Source of the DNA: Endomicrobiales bacterium
GTDB lineage: Bacteria > Elusimicrobiota > Endomicrobiia > Endomicrobiales > CAWCFT01
Length of the DNA stretch: 64,000 nucleotides
Assembly: GCA_963794945.1 (NCBI GenBank)
Contig: CAWCFT010000008.1
Location: 1-64,000, forward strand
Direction: 5' to 3'
The notes under the pieces were generated by a model, which had not been told where the DNA came from, made no database searches, and was given only the letters and a program-made list of their open reading frames with translations. A program made the position numbers and the translations under genes. Positions 40,071-50,990 of this stretch are shown in pieces. Each line of letters opens with the position of its first letter. Positions within the stretch are counted from its first letter, which is position 1.

Positions 40071-42320
40071 ATGGCAATCGCGATTTTTATTTTCGCCGGT
40101 TTTTCAACAATTATAATCCAATCGATGTTCATCAGGGAAATGCTCGTAGTTTTCCAGGGAAATGAACTATCGGTAGGCATAATAATTTCGCACTGGCTCA
40201 TCGGCACAGCCGTGGGCAACTTTCTGGCCTCCCGGCTCAAACCGGCCAAAACATCCAAACTTAACCTTGTATATTTAATGTCAGGAATACTATTAGTGTT
40301 CATGTTCATAGTTACAAGGGACGCAAGAGCACTTCTAGGTGTTTTCCCGGGAGAAGGCATTTCACTCAAAATGACATTTGTTTCATCGTTATTCATACTA
40401 GCGCCGCTTGGGGCATTCGTTGGGGCACAGTTTACTTTCGCATTTTCATTTATTAGGAGGCCTAACCCTCCCAATTCGTTAGTTCCTGATACCATCAAGA
40501 ATGAACAGCACTTCCTCACCGACGTTCGGTCGGCCGTCTCTAATAACAGCCAAAGGGAACGGCACTTCCTCACCGACGTTCGGTCGGCTGCTTCAGGTTA
40601 TATATGGGAATCGATCGGATGTATAGCCGGAGGCGTTATTTTTACTTTTTTTGCGCTGCACTATCTGGGATCAGCCGCAATCGCGCTAATAATGGCAGCT
40701 CTGTTCTTTTCAGCAGCAGGTGTAACATCAGGCGTTAAACTACGCTACGCTCTATTCGCGGCAAGCATACTTACGATCTTTTCCCTCCCCTGGTCTTCGA
40801 AATATATGGAAAGCTATACTCTGGGAATGATTTATCCCGGGTTTACGGTAGAAGAGTCCGTGAACTCGCCCTATGCGAATATAGTATCCGCGACAAGGAA
40901 CGGAGAAAGATATTTTTTCTCGAACGGCATGCCTGTACTCTCACTGCCAGAACCCGGACATGGAACGGTCGGAAATATTCTCTCACCTGCCGCTTCTTTT
41001 TCACCGGGCCCCCAAAAACATCCTTATAATAGGCGGGGCCGCTAAATTCGTCAAGGGAGCGCTGGACCACGGCGCATCACAGGTCGACTACGCTGAGCAG
41101 GACCCTGAACTCCTCGCCATGATTATGAAGTACTGGCCGGGCAACTTCAAGGACCCGCGGCTTGTGCCGCATTACGCTGATGGTCGGAAATTCCTTGAAA
41201 ACACAAAAACGACCTACGACGCTATACTGATAGGTGTTCCATACCCGTCTAGCCTACCGCTGAACCGCTATTTTACTGAAGAATTCTTTAGGCTGGCCAA
41301 ACAAAAACTATCCAAAGAAGGGATACTTGCCCTCAGTATCCCCGGGTCGCTTGTTTACGTTAGTTCCGCAATGGGAGAGCTAAATGCCATAATTAAAAAA
41401 ACACTGAGTGATGTGTTTCCTTACTCCACTATAATCCCTGGAGATGAAAATATTGTAATAGCGTCCAGAACGCCGCTCAGTGGAAAAAATGTTCTAAAAA
41501 CACGGCTCTCGAAGTTTTCAGATAAAACACTATTTATTTCAAAAGGTTTCATAGACTACGCGCTAGACCCGCAAAAACATGCCTGGATTGATACTGAGGT
41601 AAGCAAATACATCAGTAAATCCAGGCCGAACAGGGACTTCTACCCCGGGGCAATGACAGCATCTCTTATATGGTGGCAGTCAATCTTCGCGCCCAACGCA
41701 ACGACCGTTTATACTTATATTATAAGATACTACTGGGTTCTGTATATTTTACCGTTACTCTGGCTATTTTCTGGCCGCTCTGGAGCTCCAGGCAGCGCTT
41801 TCAGCTCAGGTTTCTGCGCTATGGGGCTCCAAATGGCAAGCATATGGGGGCTTCAGGTGTCAAACGGAAATATATACCAATATATAGGCATAATTAACGC
41901 GCTGTTTATGGCAGGGACGGCTGCGGGGCCGCCGTTGTAAACATTTTTAATTCAAGATTTCAAACTAACTTCAAGAATCCTGTGCTCAAAATGGAAACTG
42001 CTTTCTTATCCTGGATAATATTATGGGGAGCTTTACTTTTTCTGTCGCTCAAGCCTATGATCATTTTCTTTATCCTTTCAACAGTTACCGGGTTCCTGCT
42101 GGGCTGCCAGTTCCCGCTTCTTGTAGGGTCCGCGGATATAACTGAAAAGAATTCATCCGCGGGGCTCTTCTACTCGTTCGATCTTTTCGGTGGATGGCTC
42201 GCGGCAATACTGGTTGGAACAGTGCTTATCCCTGCCGGAGGCTTTTTTGCCGCAGCAATTTTTCTGGCTTTGACAAAAACAGCAAGTACATTTTGGTGGT
42301 ATAGAAATGCCCACACCTAA
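40071..42320 (+). CDS. Fused membrane / spermidine-synthase-like protein (frameshifts near 40955 and 41935)
   Basis: RE.LVVFQGNELS, SPY.NI, ILIIGG, ADGRKFL, NRYFTEEFF, NRDFYP, FYSFDLFGG. Confidence 0.8.
40503..40588 (+). repeat. Two copies of a ~30-bp hairpin element inserted in frame
   Basis: GAAC(A/G)GCACTTCCTCACCGACGTTCGGTCGGC at 40503 and 40557; degenerate intergenic copy at 26170. Confidence 0.8.
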
Positions 42321-42883
42321 ACCACAACGATGCTTTGAACTATCCGCACATTTCCGTTGTTTACCAATACTATATACAATCGATCAAATTGAAATATACA
42401 TGAGAAAATATTACAATGTAGCAATGCTTAAGCCTTCCGTTGTTCTGATCCTGTCAATGTTCTGCGTTTCAGAGGCGTTCTGCGCCGGGTCTACTGCAGC
42501 GGACTTCCTCAATATCTCGATAGGCGCCAAGAATGCCGCCATGGGTGAAACAGGCGCCGCAGAAATAGGGATAACGGCCATATACTGGAACCCTGCCGGC
42601 CTCGCGGACGTCGAGAATAAAGCTATATCTTTCACACATTCTTTCTGGTTGGAGGGGATATATTACGAGAACGCATCCTATGCCGCCAGGCTGGGAGCAG
42701 GAAGAAGCGTCTTGGGCATTTCCGTGGATTACCTGTCCATGGATTCGATCAATAGGTACGACAACACTGGCGGCAGCCAGGGCAGTTTCACTCCTTCGGA
42801 CAGGGCGCTCAAACTTACCTACGCTACGGATATCAGCGCGACACCTGAAAAAACTTACGCCGGCATAACTCTAAAATACATTA

Positions 42884-43421
42884 AATGAACCTCCGCGCAG
42901 CAAGACTGCGCGGTATCAAAGGTCAAAGAAATTGAAGAGCTGTAGTTGCTTTATTTGCTCTTTGTTTCCCTGCTTTGCAACGTAGGCGCGAATCACTTCT
43001 TTATTGCCGCCTTCTCCTACTGTTGCTACAAAGTATCCGTCGCTCCAGAGTTCGCCGCCCCAAAGTTCCTTCTTTAACTCTGGATGTCTCCGGAAAAGCT
43101 CTCTCGCTGTCAAGCTTTTGATTAGTCTTATTACTTGTCCTGGCGAGAACTTTGGCGCTACGCTTATCAGATAGTGGACGTGATTCGCGTCTATCCCTAT
43201 CTGCTCAAACTCTATCTCGTAGCGCTCTTCAATTTCTTTGCTTATTTCAACGAGGCTATGACAGCGGTCAGAATGCCCGAATATAGCCTTCCTATATTTG
43301 ACTGGCGTTACAAAATGATAGTGTATCTGATACCCACTGTGCTCTGTCTTTTTGACCGCTCTCATAGCCTCTATTATACCTTAGCGGTAACCCCGCAGCA
43401 AGACTGCGGGGAATGGTCAAG
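42884..43421 (-). mobile_element. IS200/IS605-family element (tnpA only), ~537 bp
   Basis: Subterminal hairpins CCGCGCAGCAAGACTGCGCGG and CCCCGCAGCAAGACTGCGGGG; no target duplication. Confidence 0.88.
42916..43365 (-). CDS. tnpA: IS200/IS605 Y1 (HUH) transposase
   Basis: YHFVTPVKYR, HVH, LWSDGYF, Y..KQ. Confidence 0.95.
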   Translation of the reverse strand: MRAVKKTEHSGYQIHYHFVTPVKYRKAIFGHSDRCHSLVEISKEIEERYEIEFEQIGIDANHVHYLISVAPKFSPGQVIRLIKSLTARELFRRHPELKKELWGGELWSDGYFVATVGEGGNKEVIRAYVAKQGNKEQIKQLQLFNFFDL

Positions 43422-43892
43422 TTCAAGCATAGACACACTTTCTGCCAGCAGCATTGCACTGGACGCCGGTGTATTTTTTGATACAGTTTATGAAGACTTG
43501 AGGTTCGGTGTTGTTTTCCAGAACCTGGGCCAACCTATGAAATTCAATCAACAGGCCTATTCTCTACCGCTTAATGTAAAAGCAGGCGCTAACTACCTTA
43601 TCACTGATGGGCTCGACATTTCACTTGACATCAACAAGGGGATAGAAACAGATGCCGTAATAAATTTTGGTGGCGAATATTTATACCCTATAAATGAAGA
43701 AACCGGAGTTGCTTTGCGAGGCGGCTACATGTCGAACGCTGACGGCATCGGCGTGGTGTACCAGCTCTACACCTTCGATTACGCGTTCGTCCCTTACGGC
43801 GACCTCTCTGACACTCAAAGGATATCGATAGGCTATAAATTTTAAGTGCACGAATTGTGTGATATCAGCAATAAGTATTTAAACCTAGAGGT

Positions 43893-44276
43893 ATGCGGAT
43901 GAAAAAATATTACGTGTTATTAGGTGTAATCATAGTTTCCATTGTATTTTTCTCGAGGGCGTGGGCATTAAGCCCAAGCGGAGTTTACGTTTACCCTGAC
44001 CCTTACAAGCCAGGCTCAAACACAATTTACGATAACACTGCCCTGGGAGAAGGCATAGTTTTCGCAGGACTCCCTTCTTCCGCGAGAATTAGGATATTCA
44101 CGATCTCGGGCAAGCTGGTCAAAGACATAAACGTTTCGAACAGCAAAGGGACATTCCTGTGGGACACCACGAATGCGGATAACCAGAAATGCTCTTCCGG
44201 GGTGTATTTATATATTGTCACAAACCAAGATGGCTCAGGAAACAAATATAAAGGCAAGTTCGCTATAGTTGAATGA
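43893..44276 (+). CDS. Signal peptide plus stand-alone FlgD-Ig / T9SS-CTD-like domain
   Basis: YPDPYKP..IRIFTISGKLV..WDTTN..SSGVYLY..KGKFAIV. Confidence 0.8.
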   Translation: MRMKKYYVLLGVIIVSIVFFSRAWALSPSGVYVYPDPYKPGSNTIYDNTALGEGIVFAGLPSSARIRIFTISGKLVKDINVSNSKGTFLWDTTNADNQKCSSGVYLYIVTNQDGSGNKYKGKFAIVE

Positions 44277-44293
44277 TCAATATCCTAATCGTT

Positions 44294-44332
44294 AAAAAAA
44301 TAGCCTGTTCAACCATCAACAGGCTATTTTTT
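44294..44332. terminator. Bidirectional terminator
   Basis: AAAAAAATAGCCTGTT..AACAGGCTATTTTTT between convergent genes. Confidence 0.8.
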
Positions 44333-44470
44333 CGTATTATAATATTGTTCTGGAAATACTTATTTTCCAGGCAGAATTTCCTCAAAAATACTCTTTACCC
44401 CAGTTTCTATTTGAAAAATGCGTGTAAGCCGCCCAGCGGGGACTGGCCTAGGTACCAACTTTACTACCTG

Positions 44471-44944
44471 TTAAGAAACGGAACATAATTCCTTTTCACT
44501 GTCAAAACCGTCATGGCCTACGATATCCTTTATAAACCCTTTTACTTTTACTTCTATTGCGTCGCGAACCTGCTTTGTTTTCAGCATCTTTTCTTTATAC
44601 GGCCCCTCGCAAACAGTTGGGTCCGGTATGCCCCAGTGCAGCCTTTTACATATCCCTGGGAATATTGGGCATTGTTCGCCGCTTGATTTATCACAAACCG
44701 TGATGACATAATCAAAACGTCTGCCGGCCTTAAAATATTCCAATACACCCTTGGTGCTTTTTCCGGAAATATCTATACCAATGTTGGTCATGGCAGTCAC
44801 AGCTAAAGGGTTAAGCGCCCCGGGCTCAAGGCCTGCACTGCAGGCTTCAAATATATCCCCACCGAATTTATTCAGGAAGGCTTCAGCCATCTGGCTTCTG
44901 GAGCTGTTATGAACGCAAACAAATAATACTTTAATTCTGTCCAT
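44471..44944 (-). CDS. arsC: Arsenate reductase, LMW-PTP family
   Basis: [13 protein letters not shown]-loop; CPIFPG; HW..PDP. Confidence 0.9.
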   Translation of the reverse strand: MDRIKVLFVCVHNSSRSQMAEAFLNKFGGDIFEACSAGLEPGALNPLAVTAMTNIGIDISGKSTKGVLEYFKAGRRFDYVITVCDKSSGEQCPIFPGICKRLHWGIPDPTVCEGPYKEKMLKTKQVRDAIEVKVKGFIKDIVGHDGFDSEKELCSVS

Positions 44945-44950
44945 TGACTT

Positions 44951-45607
44951 TTAATCTTCGTTCATGTGATGTTTTATAACCCTGCCTTCGACAAGGTACA
45001 TCACGTCTTCGCAGATATTGGTAGAGAGGTCAGCGATCCTTTCAAGGTTACCGCTTATCCTTAAGAGATGCAGCGAGCGCTCTATTGTGGATAGGTCAGA
45101 GCTCATAAGCGTCGTCAATTCCTGGAATATCCTGTCTTTGAGGTCATCAACACTGTCATCCATAACGCAAACCGACCTGGCAAGCGCAGCATCCTCGTTT
45201 ATGAATGAACTGATGCTGTCTTTAAGCATCTTTGTTGTCAACTCACCCATTTTAGGTATATCTATTAGTGGCTTAACCTGCGGCCTTTCTATAAGGTTAA
45301 GGGCGCTTTCAACTATATTAACCGCGTGGTCGCCCATGCGTTCGAGGTCATTCGACATTTTCAGAGCCATGAGGATGAGCCTAAGGTTCTTACCCTTGGG
45401 CTGGAACTGTGCGACCAGATTCGTGCAAAACTCATCCATTGTGATCTCATAGTTGTTCGCCCTGGGTTCATCTTTTTCCATAACTTCCAGGAGCAAAGCC
45501 TTGTCCCTCAGCGACAATCCGGATACGCTGTTACTGACCATCATTTCAACCAGTATGGCATAATCGATAAGTTCTTTTTTCAGTTCAACTAATTTCTCTT
45601 CCAGCAT
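44951..45607 (-). CDS. phoU: Phosphate signalling protein PhoU
   Basis: DLERMGDHAVNI and NLERIADLSTNI. Confidence 0.95.
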   Translation of the reverse strand: MLEEKLVELKKELIDYAILVEMMVSNSVSGLSLRDKALLLEVMEKDEPRANNYEITMDEFCTNLVAQFQPKGKNLRLILMALKMSNDLERMGDHAVNIVESALNLIERPQVKPLIDIPKMGELTTKMLKDSISSFINEDAALARSVCVMDDSVDDLKDRIFQELTTLMSSDLSTIERSLHLLRISGNLERIADLSTNICEDVMYLVEGRVIKHHMNED

Positions 45608-45624
45608 ATTGTTCTCCCTTTGTC

Positions 45625-45720
45625 AGCTATAAGCTGTAAGCTTTAAGTTATAAGATAAATACCAAACCAACAAGGGTATGGTCTGTTGTTTTTACTTACA
45701 GCTTAAAACATAAAGCTTAT
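45625..45720. repeat. Family-B 7-nt periodic palindrome
   Basis: AGCTATAAGCTGTAAGCTTTAAG..CTTACAGCTTAAAACATAAAGCTT; sister copy at 60458. Confidence 0.7.
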
Positions 45721-45731
45721 TACTGTAGTTA

Positions 45732-46503
45732 TCATCCGAACTTTCCGGAAAGATATTCTTCCGTCCTTTTATCTTTAGGCACTGTGAACATCTTTTCTGT
45801 TTGACCAAACTCTATAAGCTCTCCCAGATACATAAAAACAGTGTAATCTGAGACCCTCGCCGCCTGCTGCATATTGTGAGTCACAATGACTATAGTATAG
45901 TCTTTTTTTAGCTCCAGTATCAATTCTTCTATCTTTTTTGTTGATATCGGGTCAAGGCTCGCGCATGGTTCATCGAAGAGGATCACTTCAGGCTCAACCA
46001 CCAGGCACCTGGCGATGCATAGCCTCTGCTGCTGGCCTCCCGAAAGCGAAAGAGCGGACGAATCAAGCCTGTCTTTCACTTCTTCCCAAAGGGCCGCTTT
46101 CCTAAGCGATGCCTCAATCTTTTCTTCCACCGAGTTCTTATCGTTCTCGCCGTTTATCTCCAGTCCGTATATAAGGTTCTGGTATATGCTTTTGGGGAAC
46201 GGGTTGGGCTTCTGGAAAACCATTCCCACCCGCCGTCTTATGTCAACTACGTCCATTTCCCGGGCATTGATGTCTTTGCCGTCAAGGTAAATATGCCCTT
46301 CGAGCCGGGTGTGGGGTATAAGGTCGTTCATCCTGTTGAGCAGCCTTATAAAAGTTGATTTACCGCAGCCGGATGGGCCTATTATCGCTGTCACGCGGTT
46401 CTCGTAAATGTTAAGGTTGATATCTTTAAGCGACTGTTTCAGCCCGTAAAAAAAGTTCACATTTCTCCGAATGCATCCTGGCGAGTTTAATATTAGTGTC
46501 CAT
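45732..46503 (-). CDS. pstB: Phosphate ABC transporter ATPase (frameshift near 46465)
   Basis: [34 protein letters not shown]. Confidence 0.93.
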
Positions 46504-47345
46504 AAGAGCTCCTGTTCCTCTGCCTGAAGAAAATTGCAACGGCCGACATTGAAAGCACGAGTATAAGCAGCACCAGCGAGCATCCGTACGCGATCACGGT
46601 CTGCTGGGCCGGGTGAGTGCCCTCGGTCATAAGCGCGTATATGTGATATGGCAATGCCATAGTTTCGGATAATACAGAGCCTGGATAACCTCTCATGTAG
46701 AACGTAGCTGCTGTAAAAAGTATCGGAGCGGTTTCGCCCGCGGCCCTTCCAATGCCTATTATAACGCCTGTCAGTATGCCCGGCAGTGCCGTAGGTATGA
46801 CGATCTTTTTTATGGTCTGCCACTGCGTGGCCCCCAAAGCAAGCGACGCCTCCCGCAAAGATTGCGGCACAGCGATCAGCGCCTCCTGGGAGGCAGATAT
46901 TATTGCCGGAAGAATAAGGATACCTAGCGTAAGGCTTCCTGAAAGTATAGAAACGCCGAACCCGAAAAATTTCACGAAAACCGCGAGGCCAAATAGACCA
47001 AACACAACGGAAGGCACGCCTGCCAGATTATTTATACTCATTCTTATAATGTTTACTGCGAAACCTTTAGGGCTGTACTCGGTAAGGTATATCGCACACG
47101 CGAGCCCCATGGGAAGAGCAAAAATCACCGACCCTAGTGTAAGGTAAAAAGTGCCTACTATGGCCGGTGCGACACCGCCTTTTGTCATGCCGTTGCGGGG
47201 TATCTCCGTAAGGAACTCCCAGCTTATGGCATTGAAACCTTTTGAAATAATGAAATATAGTATGCTCCCTAAAAAAAAGAGAGTGATTATTACACTTAAT
47301 ATAATGCAGCGTAAATCCAATGTTCTGGTATATTTTATTTTTCAT
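46493..47345 (-). CDS. pstA: Phosphate ABC transporter permease (frameshift near 47305)
   Basis: [29 protein letters not shown]. Confidence 0.92.
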
Positions 47346-47361
47346 AGGATTAATCCCGAAC

Positions 47362-47459
47362 TAATCAAAAATCAAACATCAAATATCAAAAATTAAGTTA
47401 ACAGCTTCAATAAATCACAACCTTCATTTTTGAACTTTGATTCTTGATATTTGATATTT
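47362..47459. repeat. Family-A palindromic element between pstC and pstA
   Basis: ATCAAAAATCAAACATCAAATATCAAAA..TTTGATTCTTGATATTTGATAT. Confidence 0.75.
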
Positions 47460-48344
47460 CTATCTGCTTAACCCCAGCTTTATTCTATATTTTCTGCTTA
47501 TCATCTCGGCAACTATATTGAAAACCATAGTCACAAGGAACAGTATCAGGCCGATCGCGAAAAGCGCACTGTAGTGCGTACTTCCCATGACTGCCTCGCC
47601 CATCTCGGCGGCTATGGTAGATGTCATCGGCCTTACGGGGTCGAGATATGACTTGGGAATAACCGCAGCACCACCCGAAACCATCAGGACAGTCATTGTT
47701 TCCCCGACTATCCTGCTTAAACCAAGAATGATGGATGTTGAAATGCCCGAGCCTGCCGCAGGTATAACGACTTTAGTCAGCGTCTGCCAGCGGTTCGCGC
47801 CTAGCGCGTAGGATGCTTCCTTAAAGCTCATGGGAACATAGCTAAGCGCATCTTCCGCAAGGCTCGAAATAGTAGGTATCGCCATGATGCCTAAAACAAC
47901 GCTACCGGTCAATGCGCACATGCCGGTGGGTATACTAAAAAGGTTCTGAATAAAGGGGGCTACAACAACCATCCCGAAAAAACCGAACACTATCGAAGGG
48001 ATGCCTGACAATATTTCGATCGCGGGTTTGAGTATACTTCTCTGTTTTTGGCCGGCAAGTTCATAAACATATAGAGCGCTTCCTATTCCGAGTGGCACGC
48101 TCACGGCCATGGCGCCCAGAGTTACCCATATGGAAGCGAGTATTAGAGGAAGTATCCCGTATTCAGGTGGGTCGTAAGTCGGGTACCAGCTTTTCCCAAG
48201 AATAAACTTAAATATCCCTACTTCATGGAAAATGGGCAGGCCTTCTTTGAACAGGACTATCGTGATCCCCAATAGGAACAAAAGTGAAGAGAACGCTAAA
48301 GCGGCGAAAATCCACTCATATATTTTTTCTTTTAACCGGTACAT
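47460..48344 (-). CDS. pstC: Phosphate ABC transporter permease
   Basis: IPSIVFGFFG, EASYALGA, RIVGETM. Confidence 0.93.
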   Translation of the reverse strand: MYRLKEKIYEWIFAALAFSSLLFLLGITIVLFKEGLPIFHEVGIFKFILGKSWYPTYDPPEYGILPLILASIWVTLGAMAVSVPLGIGSALYVYELAGQKQRSILKPAIEILSGIPSIVFGFFGMVVVAPFIQNLFSIPTGMCALTGSVVLGIMAIPTISSLAEDALSYVPMSFKEASYALGANRWQTLTKVVIPAAGSGISTSIILGLSRIVGETMTVLMVSGGAAVIPKSYLDPVRPMTSTIAAEMGEAVMGSTHYSALFAIGLILFLVTMVFNIVAEMISRKYRIKLGLSR

Positions 48345-48602
48345 TATTCCTCATAAAAAAACAATTTCAGCCAATACATGAAACCTAAGCTATCGTTTCT
48401 TCCCGCCGGTCGCTCGAGCTTACCAGTTAGAAGCTTTCGGAAGCCAGGCTCACGTGGCACAACAAGTAGTTGCTTGTTGTGTTCGGCTGAAATTAAGTCC
48501 TGTTAAAACCCGGATTACACAGACCGGCTAGTATTATACAAGGGAGGCAAGTATAATATTTACCAAAGTCTGTGTAATCGAGGGTTTATAATAAATATTC
48601 CT

Positions 48603-49429
48603 TTACTTAAGGCTTACAAAACCTTCTTCTTCAACTATTTTCTGGCCATCTTTGCTAAGTATGAACTCAATAAGATCCTTCGCTGTTCCTTTGGGCTCGC
48701 CATTCGTGTACATGAATAGGGGCCTTGAATACGGGTACTTACCTGTCAGAACCGTTTCAGAACTCGGAGTTACTCCTTCAATTTTGAGTGCTTTTACTGA
48801 ATCAGAAATATATCCCATACCAACGTAGCCGATCGCGCCAGGGGTCTTCGCAACCATCGAGGCAACGGCCTGGTTTGAAGCCTGCATAAGAGCGTCGGAA
48901 CGAACTTTCATCCCGTGCAAGGCAAGGCTTCCGAACGCTTCAAATGTTCCCGAAGCGCTGTCGCGAGACACAACTACTATCGGGCCCGATCCGTGTCCAA
49001 GCTCAGACCAATCGGATATCTTGCCAGTAAATATTTCCATTACATGTTTTTTAGTCATCCCCGACATTGCGTTTTCCGGGTTAACAATGACCGCTATTCC
49101 GTCCATAGCTATAACATGAGCCTTCGGGTCCCTGCCGTTGCTCGCCGCCTGCTGGAGCTCGGCATCTTTTATCGCTCTTGATGCATCTGCTATATCGCAG
49201 GTTCCTGCGATTATCGAAGCTATTCCTACTCCAGAACGCCGCCGCGTACTGTAATATCGGCATCGGGGTTATTGTTCATGAACGTCTCGGCCGCTTTCTG
49301 CGCGATGGGCAGAACTGTGGTCGAACCTTCAAGAACTATCTTTTTAGACTTCCCTGCGGCGAAGGATGTTACTCCCAACGCGGGGAACATCACTGCGCAA
49401 GTAATAAGCAAACTTATAAATTTCTTCAT
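48603..49429 (-). CDS. pstS: Phosphate-binding protein (frameshift near 49237)
   Basis: GSTTV, GGSGVG, ASR, RDSASGT, YSRPLFMY. Confidence 0.92.
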
Positions 49430-49482
49430 TATTATCTCCTTTCGATTCTCCGCTGTTTAAGCGGGCCTTACTTCCGCTGACA

Positions 49483-50847
49483 TTAGAACTTATATATCAA
49501 GTCGCTCTGGAACATGTTGTAAGGTGTCAAGCTGCTAGCGCCCTCTATCTTATCATATTGATAGTAGGTGAAAGCAACGAGAACAGCCTTGCTCAGGCCG
49601 AAATTGAGCTGTTCCTGAGTACCCTTGATGTTACTATATCCTTTGCCGCCGTCAGGATCGTTCGCTCCAAGTCCGGAAATCCATGCATTGCCGCCAAGGC
49701 TTCTTGACAAGACCACGATCTGCCACTGGCCAAAACCCGCAACTGAGCTTGCGCCAAGTTTTATACCGTAGCATGACGCAGTTTCGTCCACTATGTTCAC
49801 GTTGGCCGCTGAGTATCCGTTGGAAGCCATATCACCAATGACAGAGACCCCATTGCTGCAATACAAGTTCTTCCAGGTCAACTCGAAGCTTTCGCTCATT
49901 ACATTATAATCAAGGGACGGATTAGTTACAGCAAATGTTCCGTTTGGGCTCATTACTACAGGTACACCAGCGTTGCCTTGTTGGTCTAAACCTGTGCCAC
50001 AGCACTCGTTCTGGACGTCAAGATTTTGTTCAGCAACACCCAATTTGACCTTATAATCATCTGTGTCCCATGTATAAACAAGTTCGCCGATACTCGCTGT
50101 CGGATTTGCTAACGTTGCTGATTTAATATTGTCGATAGTCAGCCAGCTTCCAATAAGAGCCAGATTCATCTGGCTGGTTATGTTGCGGCTGATTGTCAAA
50201 GCCACTCCGTCCGGATTGAGGCTTGATTCCCACAACAGGTCGGTAGCATTCCAAACCTCAGCGCCCTGTCTCATTTTACCAGCAGTCACTACTCCATTGA
50301 AACCGAAGAATGAACGGTCATACTCTACGAAAGCAAGGTTAAGCTCTAAAGGCAGCCTTCCGAAACTGTTAAACGTTGCATTAGCGGAACCGGAGTTGGC
50401 ATCAGTGACGTTTCCATTTAATTCATCTGCATCTGCGCCAATCGCTTCGGAGCCTGTTGCAAAACCGAAACCGGCTTTGAAGCCCTCTGAAAGGCGGGTG
50501 TCGACGTTCATGCGCAGGCGCACTCTGTCGCGTATTCTGTCATAGTTGCCACTATAGTTGTTACTCTTCGCCGCGGCAGCCAGAATCCAGTCATCCTGCA
50601 CGCGAAGCCTTAAATCCCCGCTAAAAACCATATTCTGTACCCATGTCGGGCATGTGCTTGCCTTGCCTGACATAAGTTCTTTTCTTGCTTCCTCCGCGCT
50701 TTCCGTCTTTATCTGCTGCGCTTCGCCATAAGTAATAACGCCTTTTTCCGCAAGTTTATCGGTTAACATATCAATGTCATACGCGAAAACAAATGAACTG
50801 CATATACTGCACAACAGTGCTGCCGATACCAACAATTTACTGTTCAC
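49483..50847 (-). CDS. Putative outer-membrane porin of the phosphate regulon
   Basis: Signal peptide, L..KGVIT..EA, FSGDLRLR, R.R.R.R, C-terminal YKF; lies upstream of pstS. Confidence 0.75.
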   Translation of the reverse strand: MNSKLLVSAALLCSICSSFVFAYDIDMLTDKLAEKGVITYGEAQQIKTESAEEARKELMSGKASTCPTWVQNMVFSGDLRLRVQDDWILAAAAKSNNYSGNYDRIRDRVRLRMNVDTRLSEGFKAGFGFATGSEAIGADADELNGNVTDANSGSANATFNSFGRLPLELNLAFVEYDRSFFGFNGVVTAGKMRQGAEVWNATDLLWESSLNPDGVALTISRNITSQMNLALIGSWLTIDNIKSATLANPTASIGELVYTWDTDDYKVKLGVAEQNLDVQNECCGTGLDQQGNAGVPVVMSPNGTFAVTNPSLDYNVMSESFELTWKNLYCSNGVSVIGDMASNGYSAANVNIVDETASCYGIKLGASSVAGFGQWQIVVLSRSLGGNAWISGLGANDPDGGKGYSNIKGTQEQLNFGLSKAVLVAFTYYQYDKIEGASSLTPYNMFQSDLIYKF

Positions 50848-50933
50848 AATTATTTACCTCCATTTTTTTTCGACCTTCTGCCGTCCTGTCCGGGCGGTAA
50901 TCATTCTCCTTTTGCACAATGATACAAAAGGAG

Positions 50934-50972
50934 CATTAAGGAAGAATTAAATAATTGTTAATTTTGTGTTAA
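50934..50972 (-). promoter_or_regulatory. Pho box: four direct repeats at 11-bp spacing
   Basis: TTAACA-N5-TTAACA-N5-TTAATT-N5-TTAATG upstream of porin-pst; matches the PhoP-type TT(A/T/C)ACA consensus. Confidence 0.75.
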
Positions 50973-50990
50973 GTGGTTCCAAAGGAGGCG

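Larger units (their letters stand above)
42400..43845 (+). pseudogene. PorV/PorQ-family beta-barrel gene interrupted by an IS200-family element
   Basis: FLNISIGAKNAAMG..WNPAGL..GITLKYI | SSIDTL..QNLG..DYAFVPYGDL..RISIGYKF; both halves are in the same frame. Confidence 0.85.

Noticed and set aside
40503..40588. Mini CRISPR array
   Set aside because: Only two repeats with a ~22-nt spacer, in frame within a CDS, and no cas genes.
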